Shown one piece after another: positions 1 to 14,560 of a stretch of 64,000 nucleotides of DNA (position 1 is its first letter; the number at the start of each line of letters is the position of its first letter). The translations under genes were made by a program, and so were the position numbers. Source of the DNA: Bigelowiella natans CCMP2755 (taxonomy: Eukaryota; Protista; Cercozoa); the NCBI GenBank assembly GCA_000320545.1, contig ADNK01002608.1, positions 85,675 to 149,674 on the forward strand. Reading direction: 5' to 3'. A model generated the notes under the pieces. It had not been told where the DNA came from, did not search any database, and saw only the letters and a list, made by a program, of their open reading frames with translations.

Positions 1-786
1 ACAGCTTCACGGGGGTCAGCCTTCTTCGTCTTTCCCGACTGAGCCAGGCCCTCCTTGGAGTATTTCTTCGTCTTGGACTCCTTTTCTAAGACCTTGAATC
101 GCTCCATTTGCTATAGATTATACAAATTTTTATACGATGTCACGAGTAGTAACTTTTTTCAAAATTTACCCTTTCTATGCTTTTCCTCGCTTCAAGCAGC
201 GGCCGCTTGTCTGTTATCTCTGATTGTGAGGCCCATGACTTGATCTGCTCTCGATATCTTTGTAATTTCTGAGATAGGTGTCGAGCGGTAAAATTACAAG
301 ACCAAGTGAGAAAACACACGTACAGTTTTGAATTGTCTTGAGAGGTTGTGAATCAATAAAAAGAATAACCTTGATTTCCTTTTTCAAGTCGCCTTCATAT
401 TTTTCTTTGAGATTGGGCGTTGTTGCTTTCCGTACCTAAGGTGGGTGAGGAATTACCACTATAATTTCCAACTTGAAGCACACATTCTCAGCACAGATTT
501 CCTCTTTCTCACGAATATTCTTCGGACTCATTTCCCACACAGAATAAACCGTATCGCGCACAGTAGAGTCAAGTAATTGGAACATGAAAAAATGTTATTT
601 ATTATACTTTGAATTCTTTCACATACTCATTTTTGCTGCAAATTTTACTTCACTGGGCCACTTTATCTCTCTTATCTCGAATACATTATCTACCTTATCC
701 CAAATACTGTCGAATTCAATCATGCCCTCCTGCACACGCTTGAACACGCGTTCTATCTCCGCTTGCTTCTTCCGTGGCAAACTCAT
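1..786 (-). CDS. NOT3: CCR4-NOT subunit 3/5 (Not3 N-terminal coiled-coil), 5' part; gene runs off the left edge
   Basis: Exons 786-694, 435-370, 268-170 and 110-<1 (all phase-0 GT-AG introns) give [31 protein letters not shown]|[22 protein letters not shown]|[12 protein letters not shown]...|[22 protein letters not shown], matching the Not3 N-terminus. Confidence 0.93.
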
Positions 787-1259
787 CTCCCCTCCGTATT
801 ATAATCTTCTCTGTTCCAATTCGTCAATTGCTGCTACTCGTTGAACTTTGGAGAGGGTGGGGTGACCGCGATTAGTGAGAGGATGTGGAAAAGAAAAGAA
901 AACTTCGGTCCAAGCCGAGAAGGACGGGTTGGCTCAATATTAATGCTGACGACAATGTATGATCCATGTCGTAAAATAAAATCTACTGAAAGAAGAAAAT
1001 ATTTTCCTCAAAAGAGTGTAATAAGGGCAATTGAAATGAGCGACATGATGATCAATGAGACTCATGCTGTTATTACAGCTGTTACGTAAGAAAAAGCTGT
1101 TAGTAGTGCATGCATCAGATCAACACAGAAACGATAAATAACAACCAACAAGGGGAGGAGAGGAGGATTCATCTGTCCTAATTTAGTGAACGGTGTCAGT
1201 TGCACCAGCTAGGACTCTTCTGTAGGATCAGAGCGTAATATAGAGAGAATTAAACGTTT

Positions 1260-2533
1260 ATGTCGCACTCATACTTCAATGAGAAGTGGCAGCATGCTGT
1301 TGAGCGACTCAACGAACAGGTGCTGAAGAAGAAGAAAAGAAGACAAAGATGATGATGATGATGATGAAGAAGTTGAAGAAGAAGAAGAAAAGAAAAAATA
1401 GCAATAATATAAAGAGAGAAGAAGTAATTTTCCATCACTATCACTTCGATGTGCACATACAACCAACATTATATGATGGTCACGTTTCACGACGAAGAGA
1501 ATTTTTTACAATGATGCCCCAACATCAAACACTAGGTCGAAATCGAAAATCCCGAGGAAAATAAGCTGCAACTTAATGGGAACACGCAGTGGAATGACTT
1601 ATGGCAGCATTACACGCACTTGTATATCCGATATGTTCAGGTGACACGGAACTATTTTAATACACACACACACACACACACACACACAAGCACACGCACG
1701 CACATCACATATGTATAAATATTAAATATATATACGTGTATGTGTGTATGTGCGCGCGCGTACAATTGTTGAAGAGCACAGTGGCCGCATACTTTGGAAT
1801 GAGTTCATGTTTAAGAGAGAGAGCAAAAGCTTGAAAACAAAGCTCCTCATTATTTGAAATACTGGTAGATTTTTCGTCAACTCGAAGAATGCTACGACCA
1901 GATGGTTCATCCTCAGAAGCGAATGGTTAGTAATACTAAGACATCATACTACCAGCAGTATGACCTGCAATTATTTTCTTTTTTGTAGTAGTTGAGGTGC
2001 CAAACTATCTCGTCAAATCTTACTGCTTATTATTATTCCCAGAATAACCTTGATTCGTTGTACATAAGCTGAACACAAATCATTGTTTGGTCTCTTTCTC
2101 AGGACGTTAAGTCAGGCATGAAAACAGTAATGGCAAGGCTAATCATGTTGAAGGCGCAGCTCAAAGCCTTCGGCTACAAGGTTGTTATACACAGAGCTGG
2201 ACATTTAAATGGACATTGCGTACATATAAGCATTCTAGCTTTATTTGGCACACCACTACAGAGCCCCATGCACCATTATCATCATCATGATGCTCATCAT
2301 CATCATCATCCTTCCCTTCCATTTAGGGAACTAAAATGGAATACTTGAACCTCGACGAGCAAATCATGGACCTGAAATTGCTACCACAGGATTTGGAGGT
2401 GATGATGATGATGATAATTGTGTGAGAAACAAATTCAGTTAGTTGTGTAAAACAAGACAGAAATAATGATTATCATACGCTACAGCCATTTATCGTAAAT
2501 AAAGCGTAAGGAAGGGCTCTTTACCGTTCTCTC

Positions 2534-2564
<31 letters not shown>

Positions 2565-2623
2565 CTCCTCTCTGACTATCCCCGAGTACTACTACTTCTT
2601 CTTCACCTTGGAACATCATCACA

Positions 2624-2659
<36 letters not shown>

Positions 2660-3112
2660 AACTACCGTTAGATCCCAATCCCACGATATTTCATTGACGA
2701 AGACCTCATTACGCTTCCGGACGTAAAATAATTGGAAAAAAAATAATATTGTTGTGTGAATCTGCTGTGTGCCATTGAAAAATAGACAGAGAGACTGACA
2801 GCAGTTGTGCGGATTGGGGTTGTTTATTTTTCAGCAATATCATCATTATCATCATCATCATCATCAGCAGCAGCAGCCTGTAAATAACATTAATTTATAC
2901 TTCACTCTCTTTCAGGCTGTTAAGGCAATGTATATTTTGAAGCGATGCATGAAGTTACAAGCAGAAACAGTACCTGCTGAGGAAGCTCTTCCTGATCTTG
3001 GCCATCGGATGGACCGTGCGGAGGCAATTCGCATTATCCAGAGAAATGAGGTCAAATATTTCTCTTCTTCTTCTTTTTCTGCTAGGGTTATTAACATCTT
3101 ACTCGTATTTAC

Positions 3113-3150
<38 letters not shown>

Positions 3151-3787
3151 GCACTCTGGATACGTGCGTAGTCAATCGAATTGTATGCTGATCAATATCC
3201 CCCACTGAACTTGTTGAATTTATGCTGGTCAATTCCCTCCACTTAACTTGTTCAATAATAATAAAGCGTGGACGCCAAGGCAGACTAAGGGCCAAGATGA
3301 TGCGTCTTTACCGGTTGTACTTATATATAAATAACATAATCATGTGACGAGGAGGCAGTCTTGCAAGTGCAAACAGTGATAGTATTGAATTGACAAATCT
3401 TGCAAATTGAAATCATCGTCAAAGTTGTATTTCTTCTCTTTTTCATGATTACTAATATCAGTCTTGAAGAAAAGAAAGCACAGGAAGCTGCCAATCCCAA
3501 AGAGGAGGAAGGACTCGACTTGAAATCAGCGACAACAGCGTTAGTACTAGGACACCTAGGCCGATCAAAGGTTAGGAAGATGCGACAAAGAGAGCTCAAA
3601 TTCCTCGGAATGCGCTCCCCAGTAAAGGTAAAAAGAAGGTGACGGTTTGATGATGATATGTCCTATACATATGATGATATTGCTTTAACAATGATGATGA
3701 TGATGATGGAGGTGATGATCGTAATTGTGATGGTGTAATTAAGAGTAGTCTTTAAGTGAAAAAATAACTGACTGTTGTTGCTTTTGC

Positions 3788-3818
<31 letters not shown>

Positions 3819-4266
3819 CATGTGTCTAAAGCCGTTTGAGAGGGTCAAGTCCGAGGGGGAGGAAAAACCAAGAATTGTCGAGTGAGTAAATGTGTTGTTG
3901 TATGCGCACGAAAACACAAAAAACACTAAATAAGTATATACATTTTATACTGTAGTATGTCTTCGTTGGCATTTTAGTTGTATGTAACCAGCAGTATCTT
4001 TTCTAAGAAGAATCTTTGTAGGATTAAGTCAGAAGCCAAAAAAAAAATGGAAGAATACAGGTTGCAGCGGAAAAAACAGCAGGTGGTATTTTCAATGAAT
4101 TTTGCATGCAATTATTATGACAATGTTTGGCCTTGTGTTGGTTGTATTAGAATAGTGATAATATCTAACATGCTAGCTTGAATGGTGTGTGTCTATTTTT
4201 GGACTAGACTATACTTTATACTATACTTGTGTTAAATGTTATTTTGAAAATTGAAGATATGTAGAC

Positions 4267-4307
<41 letters not shown>

Positions 4308-4309
4308 TA

Positions 4310-4347
<38 letters not shown>

Positions 4348-4780
4348 TATCGTATTTTTTGGCTAATGTTGATGAATAATACTACTAAAAAGGCATACAA
4401 CGAGAGGGAATTTGGACAGCAACTACAGGCTCTCCAATCTAAAGGTGGTTCTAATAAAACAATATATCAAACGGTGAAAATTATTCTACTAATTAGCCTA
4501 AAAAATGTGCCGCCTTTCTCCCTCTTCGTTATCCTTCTTGTCGTTTTAAGAAGAAACGGTCAGGCAGATAACTAAGGAGTCAATTGGAGTTTTTTTGTCT
4601 TCTTTTGGTTTATTCACCATTTCTGACTTCTACGTTCAAGTTTTTTTATTCTTCCAAATTTTAATATCTTTAGTGAAAGTGAGTGACATCGGTGAGATGA
4701 AGGATGAATTGTGGCAGGAAAGGTAGTAGTAGTAGTAGTAGTAGTAGTAGTTGTAGTTGTAGGAAAAGACAAAATTATGG

Positions 4781-4820
<40 letters not shown>

Positions 4821-5879
4821 ACCATACGTACCTTAACATTCCTTCGTGATCATCATCAACATCATCATCATGATCATCCTCCTTCTTCTTCTTGTTCTTC
4901 TTCTTCTTCCTCAAATTAGATATCAATGGTTCGTTGAACAAAAGAGGACTACGGGAAAATATCCAACCAACTGGACCAACTTCTATAGAGAAAAACATCT
5001 TAACTCACTCACCCCTGAGCAGAAGCTGGTAAGACTACGTGAGAAGAAGAAGAAGAAGAGGGAAACAATAATAGAGACAGGCGACAATGGAAAATAATTC
5101 ACTTGATTAATGAATGCTAATGCTATGTACTCATCATCATTATCTGCTTTACTTCCCTGATAGAAATTTCTTGCGAAGCAAGAAGAGGAGAAGAAAAAGG
5201 CTGAGGCAGGAGGGGGTGGAAAGAAAGGCAAGAAGGGGAAGAAGGGGAAAGATAAAAAGGACAAGAAAGGGAAGAAGAAGAAGGGCAAGAAGGGCAAGGT
5301 GCGAAACCATTTGTTATTTGCTGTTTGCTGCGATGGTTGTGGTGGTTGTGGTATGCAGATTATAATACCAATCGAACCACCTAAGAGTGGATCGATGACG
5401 ACGATAATTGTGACTACTCTGTTCTCTGTTGTCTATAGAACAAAATAATAGCAGTAGCCTTGGACTGCTGTTTTCAAATCAACCATTCTTTTATTCTTAT
5501 CATCTTCTTCTTTCTCCTTCTTGTAGGGCGGGGGAGAGCCACCAGCATCAATACTAGCAGTTAACCCTGCAGGTTGTGTGCTGATGAAATAGTAGTGCGA
5601 GAGAGAGAGAGAGAATAAAGAGAGGGTGGAGTGCAGCAACAATCACCCTGATCTGTACATAAATAATGTGCCCATGCTCTCTTTTTCCTTCCCCCTCCTC
5701 CTCCTCCTCCTCCTCCTCCTCCTCCTCCTTGTGCATCATCGTTCAATGAAATAAATATATAACAGGCCCTGTACCTGAGCTTGTGGATCTTATGCATGAA
5801 ACCGTTACGAAATACAAGTCAACATGGTCAACTTTGGATGAAACCGAGAATTTTAATCAAGGTGTGTCTACAGATATAT

Positions 5880-5921
<42 letters not shown>

Positions 5922-6426
5922 CATCAGAGAAGATTCTTCATCAGATTTGGTTCAGAAATTGATATTTATCCTCTTCTTACCAAAGAGGAACCAAAACCAT
6001 CATCATCATCATCATCATCATCATTTGGTATAATTTGTCTTGATACCACCTCTTCTAACGAGGAATGGCTGCTTGTGTCTTTCCTGAATATTAATTCACT
6101 CTTCTTGTTCTCATTGTTGTCGTATATCTTTGTATATCTTTCAGGCTACGATAAAGGCATTGCTGAAGAAACCGTAAACTATACTGAGAAATAATGATTG
6201 ATCGATCCCATGCTGCTTTCAAATATTTGTGCAAGAAAAAATTATCTTTCTTCTTCTTCTTCTTCATCATCGTAACAACACAACTAATCAGGCAAAGAGA
6301 TTAGTCCGCGCAGAGATCACACCGAATTGGGACGACCAGCTTCTCGCATATCTACAAAATATTGTCAACCCAGGAGGAGGGTTAGTACTAGTACTTCGTT
6401 TATTAAACGTCAATGATAGTGCGCGC

Positions 6427-6514
<88 letters not shown>

Positions 6515-6710
6515 GGGGGGGGGTCGCAAAGCGCTTGAGTGCACAGTGTAAGAAAGTGCCGTGATAAACGTCGTCGTCGTCAATATTGTTGTTGATTGTA
6601 CATTATTGTTAATCTAACTTATCAGGGGTGCAAAGAAGGCGGGGAAAAAGGGGAAAAAGGCAAAGAAGGGAGGGAAGAAGACTTCCAAGAAAGAAGGTAG
6701 CAGCAATCTC

Positions 6711-6753
<43 letters not shown>

Positions 6754-6764
6754 GATGCACAAGT

Positions 6765-6805
<41 letters not shown>

Positions 6806-7581
6806 GTATTTGTAGTAGCAAGCTCCACGATTACTTCTAAATAAATAACAGGAGGTGAAAAGAAAAAGTCATCAAAGGGGGGTTCAAAAAGCAAGAAAAA
6901 GAAGAAAGCAGGTGGAAAGTCGTCCAAAGGCAAGCAGTATACAGAGGAGCTTTTTCTCAAAGACGTGCCCCCAGAAGACCACTTAATGCACATGATTAAG
7001 CAGCTCTTGCAAAATGGGATTCTGAAAAAACTCGAAACACCAAAGCCTCTCAACGATCTTATCGGGGATGCGAATCTAATAGGTGGGTGGGTGGGTGCCT
7101 GCTTCTCCTTATTTAATAAGTCGTCGTCGTAGTAGTACTAGAGACTTAGTGGAGAATGGCGTTGTGGTGTGAGCCTTTTTGTCAAGCTAAGGAAAATAGA
7201 AATGATATCAACGAATTATAGAATATATTTTTGCTTAGGATGTTGATAGAGAAGCATTTAAGTCTCCTCCTCATGAGCATTATACAACTAATACGCCATC
7301 ATCATCATCATCATCATCATCATCATAATTACCATATCTGATCAGGCATGCACTACCAGAAGCAGAACGCATACAATGCCCCCTCCATGGCTCAGCTACG
7401 TGCCTGTGTCACCTTGCATGGAATTCTCCCTCTTGGAGAGCAGGAAGTCAAAAATATGCAGGCTAAAGGACCTGGAGGTAAACAAAGAAGGAGTACCTAC
7501 CTGTGAGATTGGATGATGGAAGAGGAGAGAAAAAAATAAACAAAGAATTCTTAAGTCTATAACTGCATTGTCTAGTATTGC

Positions 7582-7617
<36 letters not shown>

Positions 7618-9527
7618 GATTATCTGTTGTAAATTACCTAATGTTATTATTATTATAATTATTATTATTATTTGTTCCTCTTTCAGGTTTGTGTAAGGCA
7701 ATATTGCTAGCTGGACCTAAGGGAACAGGGAAGACTCATATTGCAAAGGCTATTGCTGGACATACGAACGCCATTTGGATGGATATTTCACCTACCGTAT
7801 GTACAAACCTACATTTGATGAATGATAACTGCATATCGATTTTGAGATTGATGCTGCCTTTCAAAATGGGCATCCTTGCATTAAATCGATGGAAATATTG
7901 TGATTCTATTGAATAAATTTTATTTAGAATATCATGCCAAAGATCAAGAACAAGAAGCACGCCCAAGCGTTAGCGTATATGTGTTTTGAGGTTGTTCTCT
8001 CCAAAGTGAATTCTATACTAATATGTACCATGTTACTATTGATAAAGAATGCTAGTAGGAGTTATACAAGAGCAGGGTGGGTATGGAAAATATAGGGAGA
8101 TGATGGGAATAAAACAGCTTAAAAACCATTGTTGCTGGTGATGCTACTACTGATGCTACTGCCGCTGCTGCTACTGTGTTGAGATGTTGTATTGTTGTGT
8201 GTGCTGTTTATGAATCAGGTTGCTAGGCAATTCTCTGAATTTGGAAAACCAACTGTCATGTACATGGATGAGGCCGAACGCTTTTTTGGTACTATCAGAA
8301 GAATTCTTACATAATAGCGACGATGCATGCAGCCGCTAATTCTTTTCAATAATTCTAAGAATAATTCACACTACTTTTTCTTGCATCCTGTTCTCAGCTA
8401 AGAAGAAAGTAGTAACTAAGATTGCGGAAACAAGGGCACGATTTGCAAGGTTCTGTAAACAGGATTTTATCGGATTCAAAGACATTTTCGTAGAGGAATC
8501 AAAGAAACTCTCAGCGAATAAAGTTACGAGCAACTATCCTAGAGTGCTCATCGTAGGTACTTTCTACTACTACCACTACCACTACCACTACCACTATTGC
8601 TACTGCTACTGCTATTGCTGCTGCTGCTACTACTTTCCAACCTTGCATACATCTGTATATGTGCACGGCGCGCGCATGTGTGCGCTGACATATAGTACGG
8701 TAGCTAATTGCTTCACACTTTATCCATCGTCATCATCAGGAAATACATGCAAACCGAACCATGAATTTACCGAGAAAAAGGAGTTTCCAGGTTTCTTTAA
8801 AAAAACCGGAAACAAGCTGTTTTTTACCCCACTGCCAAACTATGATACAAGGTAATTATAAAAGTCACATTTTTTCAAAGTTAAATTCAAGAAAAGCCAG
8901 AACAAACAAGAATAATAGCTCGGAAGATGCTAATCATCATACAGACTACTGTGAAGACTTTTCTTTCGCTTTCACTTCGCCCCTCTCCACCCCCCTCCCC
9001 TCTGCTGATGAAATTACCATCGTAGACTACTGATATGGAAGCATTACATCAACCGGGCTAGCCTGGATTCATTCGATTTGTCAGCAAATAAGAAGTAAGG
9101 AAAACAAGACCGGAAGGCCTTCTATTCCTCCCCAACACATCCCTGATTGATCCCCAAATATACTGAGGATGCGTCTTAACTGCGCATGGACGCACACCAA
9201 GCCGTTTGGGCGAAACACATCCTTTTTTTTCTGCTGGAAAACTTCTGGCCTTTTATTAAACACTATTATTTTCCCACGAACAACAGATTTTCGCTGTCGA
9301 TTCTAGCGCATATTTCATCTGGATATTCGGCTGGTAAGAGAAGAGAAGAGAGAGAGGGTTGTGTCGGACAGGGAGAGTAATTTATATGCAGTAACTCCAC
9401 TTTGTATGTATCCATTGTTATCCCGTAAGAACATAGATAATTACCAATAAGTAGACAAGAACTTATTTTGCATTTGTTCATGCAGGGAACATTCGCAACG
9501 CCGTCATGATTACGCTACCAGATGCTA

Positions 9528-9559
<32 letters not shown>

Positions 9560-9917
9560 TGTTCCTTTCATTCTGCTCATTCATCACAGATCTGTAAAGC
9601 TGATATATAGTCCATGGATACCATTGATGACAACCAATAACGACGTTATGCAACAACCTGAAACACTTCCTCGGGTTCCTCACTACTACTCCATGCTGAC
9701 TTCACTAACTCCTTGATATAAAAAGGTGGAAAACATACAGAAACAAGTGGATGTAGGGCGCACGCCGAATCTTACCACAAACGATTTTGTCTCTGCGTTA
9801 TCCAAGGTAGTAGCGACAAGATGGAAGGGAGGGGGGTAGAAAAAGCGCGAAAGTGATGTCTGCTAAAGGAGAAATAATTCCTTCAAACTTAAACGGAGAT
9901 ATTTACAAATGCTGGCT

Positions 9918-9956
<39 letters not shown>

Positions 9957-10323
9957 TCCTCAGCTTCCTTTCATGTTCAAAGAGGACTACGGCTCTTTCG
10001 TGCAATATATGATCAAGCAAATTCCGGGCGAGGTGGATCGTAGAAAGCTAGAAGCCAACCCTGAGGCACTGAAAGAACAGAAAAAGGTATATGTGTGAGC
10101 ATTTGCTACATTAAGCGTATAATACTGCAGGGTAGGTATCACTTGCACAATGACCTTCGATAGCCCTGTTCCTCATTTTTTTAATAAAAAAGTAGTAACT
10201 TCCGCGTGAATGAATAATATGATTTATGATACTTACTTACCTAAACGTCCGGGTTTTCACGAATGTCTTTGTTTCCCCTAGGCCGGCAAGAAGGGGAAAA
10301 AGGGAAAAAAGAAGAAGAAATAA
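1260..10323 (+). CDS. IQCA1: Dynein regulatory complex subunit 11 / IQ and AAA domain-containing protein 1, multi-exon
   Basis: Exons translate to MSHSYFNEKWQ..., LYIRYVQ|IFRQLEECYDQMVHPQKRM, IPIPRYF, IIQRNE|RGRQGRLRA, Lys-rich linkers, Walker A GPKGTGKT (about 7711-7734), MYMDEAE, RVLIVG, PLPNYDTR, ending AGKKGKKGKKKKK* (TAA 10321-10323). Implies a flagellated organism. Confidence 0.93.
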
Positions 10324-10329
10324 AAGTGT

Positions 10330-11460
10330 TCGCCACCACCAACATAATTAGCAGGTGCACCCACTGATTTAGCATGTGGACTGAGAAAGGTTGCTAAAAA
10401 TCGTGTGTTTGGTTCACAAGCATAGATGAACTGCGGCAATGACTAGATGACATGAGTGAGCGTTGCATGATGGGCATGCTACACCCTACGCACCATGCTA
10501 GCTCTGTGCATCGATCCGCCGCCGCAGCGCTACGATGCAAATCGATGGGTGATGTGTAGATGATACCATGCGCACATTGTGCAATGATAGAACATTGCAT
10601 TGTTGTGTTGCGGAGCCATGTCAGCGCTGGTGTCATTGTGATTTCATAGCATTGCTGCGGACGCACGTACATGCAAACAAATTGCATAGTGGAGGCATCG
10701 CTGCGCATCGCATTAATGTCATTGCGCAGTAGTTACTCGGCTTGTCGTAGACATGACAATGCATGTACGTCTGCACAGCTAGAGCGCATCGCCAGCATCA
10801 CACATGGATCCGATGCATCACATATCTAGACATGCAGGCAGACCAAACAACCACGGGCACTGGAAACCTCTGCTCCTAGCGTCGGCAGTTTGCACTGTCT
10901 AGCTATATATAGCTGTTACGCAGGTCAACGTACATGTGATGCAGCGTGGCGTGAATTTCAATGTGTCCATGCATCCATCGTGCACATGCGACTTGAATGT
11001 CTCGCACACTGAGAGCATTCATGCATACTCACATGTGCATCATGGCGTGCTCAACTGCATGTATCGTAGCCCACTACACCGCGTGTGCCAATCTAGCTAT
11101 AGCAATAATGAGTTCATGGATGCATGGCTGTGCCTTTCTAGCTTTTCTCATGCACACTTCTAGACATAATCACTACACATGAATGAAGCTAAACTTCAGC
11201 GAAGTGATGTATGTGCCACTCATCTGCTTAATAGTGGTCCACGTAGAGACATGAAGTCTCTATGTTTGATCATTGCTGTGCGTGCTAGTAGTACTTGACA
11301 TGAGGCTATCCATAGTTGACAACAGGCACAGTTCATGTGACGCACACATTGAGTACAAATATGAAAGTTATGTCTATGGTGTGACGTACGTGCGCAGAAA
11401 TACTGTTCTATTTGACATCACATGCATCGGTGTCGTATCTCTCAACCAACTATGAGCGAG
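10330..11460. other. TG/CA-rich, TA-reduced intergenic block (degenerate repeat)
   Basis: Dense CATG/TGCA/CTAG words, no credible ORF, abrupt change from the flanking gene composition. Confidence 0.6.
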
Positions 11461-11622
11461 AGAAAATTTTCAGCAAAGTGCCATGAGTATTTTTCTATAA
11501 AAACACTAGACATTCTTCGTTCGCGGATTTGTCATCACAGGGATCTCCAGCACCTAAGTAAGTGGTTTGATTAAGAACGACAATGATTGGAGGAAATCGT
11601 GTGCCATTACTTGCGAATAGGG

Positions 11623-11838
11623 CTAGAGAGCACGTATGTCGGAATCATCATCAGATAGTGAACCTGCAGCAGTATTGTAGTGCAGGCGAGACCACCATCC
11701 AATTGCTGCACAAGTGGAAATTATAACTATGCTGCCACCAAGGAGGACAGCGAGAACATCTCCCATATCTGCGGCAACGCAAACAGGTTGAACGAATAGA
11801 AGTACAGAAAACAGTAGGCTTCGCCATATTTCTGCCAT
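11623..11838 (-). CDS. Small integral membrane protein, SMIM30/DUF4730-like (71 aa, single exon)
   Basis: Signal-peptide-like N-terminus, then AADMGDVLAVLLGGSIVIISTCAAIGWWSR, resembling the SMIM30 pattern (GDAIALLLG...GICACLGVYAR). Confidence 0.62.
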   Translation of the reverse strand: MAEIWRSLLFSVLLFVQPVCVAADMGDVLAVLLGGSIVIISTCAAIGWWSRLHYNTAAGSLSDDDSDIRAL

Positions 11839-12233
11839 AGTGTCTAAATTGTGGGCCGTTACGGCCCGGGAGAGACGAAGGGAGGAGAGGGGTTAAAGGG
11901 AGAGGGAGAAGCAAGAAAGCTATGTCAATTCTAATTTTCTTGAAAGGAATCGAATCCTCCTGAATATGAGGCTGTTTTCATGCTGCGACATGACTCATAG
12001 ACCGATAGAAGTCGTCTTAATTCTTAATTCTGTTTTCCATTTCAATCGAGCTCGCAGCTCGAAGGGGAGGGGATTCGAAGGAAAAGAGAGGAGAGTAGTC
12101 TCCATTGGTGATAGTAAAAAAGTTGTGGTGACAACAGATAACAACAAGAACAAAGAAAAGGAAAGCGCTGTGATCATCAAGAAGGACTAGTAAAGTTCCT
12201 GCTCTCCGTAATAGGCCATTCTCGCTCACACGC

Positions 12234-13213
12234 ATGCTTCCGAATGACCATGAGAATCGTGGAGGGTTGCAGGTAATGATGAGGAGCCACTTTGAATTTA
12301 TCAAATCGATATAAACTGACTATAAATGATAACAGAATTGTCTCTGCGCCACTCCTCAGTATAGGTGCATTGATTAACATCTGTGAACATCTGCATTGTG
12401 TTTTGATCAACAATCTTCTTTGACTTTAGGCGAAACGTGATGTTGATAGTTCTTGCAGCAATTATCCTCTCACAAGGAGGATTGTTTCCATATTTCGGAA
12501 TTGCTGTCGCAATTATCATCGTCTCGGCCCTGATCCTATATTCTTTAAGGTTGTGTGATAATTAGTACATATGCCACCGCATCTGATGTGGCTTTCCTTC
12601 ATTTTGCAGGCACTGCAGGTACCACAACCCTTTAATATCGTATCAACGGGTTCCTATGGGTCATAATGGATCTGATATGGCGATGGGTGACACGGTGGCT
12701 CTTGACATTAATCCCGATCACTTGAGGCTTATGGCAGCATCGAGGGACTTCGATGCAAACGGTAATTTGTTGAGGGTGACCGCGATGATGTCAAAATTTT
12801 TGATGCATTTTGGATTCGACTAACTTCAAAATCAAGACTGTAGTAATATTAGAATGAATTTTGAACTCTTAGATTACGAGGAACTACTTCGTCTTGATGA
12901 GGGAGCAGGCGTTCACCATGGACTTCATCAATCCCAGATTGAGCGGTTTCCGAGGCACATGCACACAAAGTTAGTTATTTTTCTTCATTAAACAAATGTG
13001 ACAAGGGACTCTTACACATGCAATTTAAAAAGGGAAATCAAAGCGAAAAAGTTATCATGCTCGATTTGTTTGGAAACCGTTCAGTTGGGTGAAGAGATAA
13101 GAATATTACCATGCCTTCACAAGTTTCATGTGACGTGCATTGATAAATGGCTGAGCGACAAACCCATTTGCCCAGTGTGTTTGTTCCCTGTGAATCAAGC
13201 GCTCTCGATGTAA
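12234..13213 (+). CDS. Membrane-anchored RING-H2 E3 ubiquitin ligase (SDIR1-like); start uncertain
   Basis: Exons give two hydrophobic segments ([37 protein letters not shown]), RDFDAN|[10 protein letters not shown], and [41 protein letters not shown]. Confidence 0.82.
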
Positions 13214-13399
13214 GTAAAGACATCGTTCAATGCCTCTAATATATTCCTTTCACAAATACTCAAACAATTCTTACGTAAACAGATCTGGAGTGCAAGCAGA
13301 AAGTAGCCACATAGAGGAAAAGGGCGATTCAATTTAACTTTAGAAGCCGGATCTAGCGAGATTCGGTGTAGCAGCATCGTCCGTATCCATATTAATCGC

Positions 13400-14560
13400 G
13401 GTAGAAGTCATTTTTTTCTTTTCAATCCCAAGCACATGCATTTTGTACAGAGTGGTTTGATACCAACAACGTTCCGGGCTCATCATGCGAATGATCGTGC
13501 GGCACATACACAAAACAACCACACAATCACATCATTGGTCACAAACGTACATCTTCCCACCACGCAACGCCCATGCAAAATTAGATGATGTCATCAATCT
13601 AGCAATCATAATCAAGGGTAGAGACACCAGCACAGACGTTGTATGCCTAGGCAATCAAGTGGTTGCTGCATTGACTAGCTAGAGATTCCATGCGAAGCAA
13701 ATATGCAAAACTAGACTGTGTCAAATCAAAAAACCAGAGCAATAATCATCGATTCTGTCCGCAAAATCGCACGTGATTTGATCATTAGTCGTACGCGACG
13801 CCGCGCGCGCGTCTGGACAACTCCGTCAAACAAACAATGAGAAAATCTGGTCCACGCCGTGACCCTGCGTTGATGCTGGCTTGCTAGCGGGCTCCAGTGC
13901 TGCTGCTAGCTTGACAAAGCGTCTAGCTGTGTCTCCAGAAAACATGCAAGTGTTCGCTCTCAAGTGTAGAAGAGATTATTTTCAAATTTCAAATCTTTTC
14001 GCTGCAAACTTTGGCCAAACTTGCTTGCCAAGCACGATGAGCCACCAGAGCACGGAGCAAGCGAGCGCGATGCCCAATGTGACGACTAGACGATCAGACG
14101 ATGTTGTTGTCACTGGCTAGCTGGCTCTAGAGCTACGGGCTACACCCATGATTGTTGCGAGAGACCGTTTTTCATGGCATGATCAACCTCTGCATGGATG
14201 CACACGCGTGTGCTATGATCATTGCTGTGAAGATGCGCAAGCTCACCATCTTCGTTTTGCCACGTCATCACCCAGCTGTTCTTTGAAAGGAAATTCTCTG
14301 AAAGACAGCACTGATGGTTCTTCAGCTCTCCATTCATGTGACATGCAGCCCAATTTCAGTCGCAAGGCCATCAAGGGGATGCGGATGAGGCTTTCGTGAT
14401 CAATTTCAATGAAGAGGAGGAAAAAGAAAACGTGTGCGGTGTCGACGAAGTGACCCGCATCGTGGAGACGGCTGATGAACGAACGAATGAATGAACGAGT
14501 GCACTGGTCAACGAAGTGATTTCAATGGTGCCATGAGGATTTTTGGGCTTTCTGACTCAT
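13400..14560. other. TA-depleted intergenic block (degenerate repeat)
   Basis: Residual TA mainly in CTAG (e.g. gctagc, tctagc, actag); CpG retained (cgccgcgcgcgcg). Confidence 0.65.
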
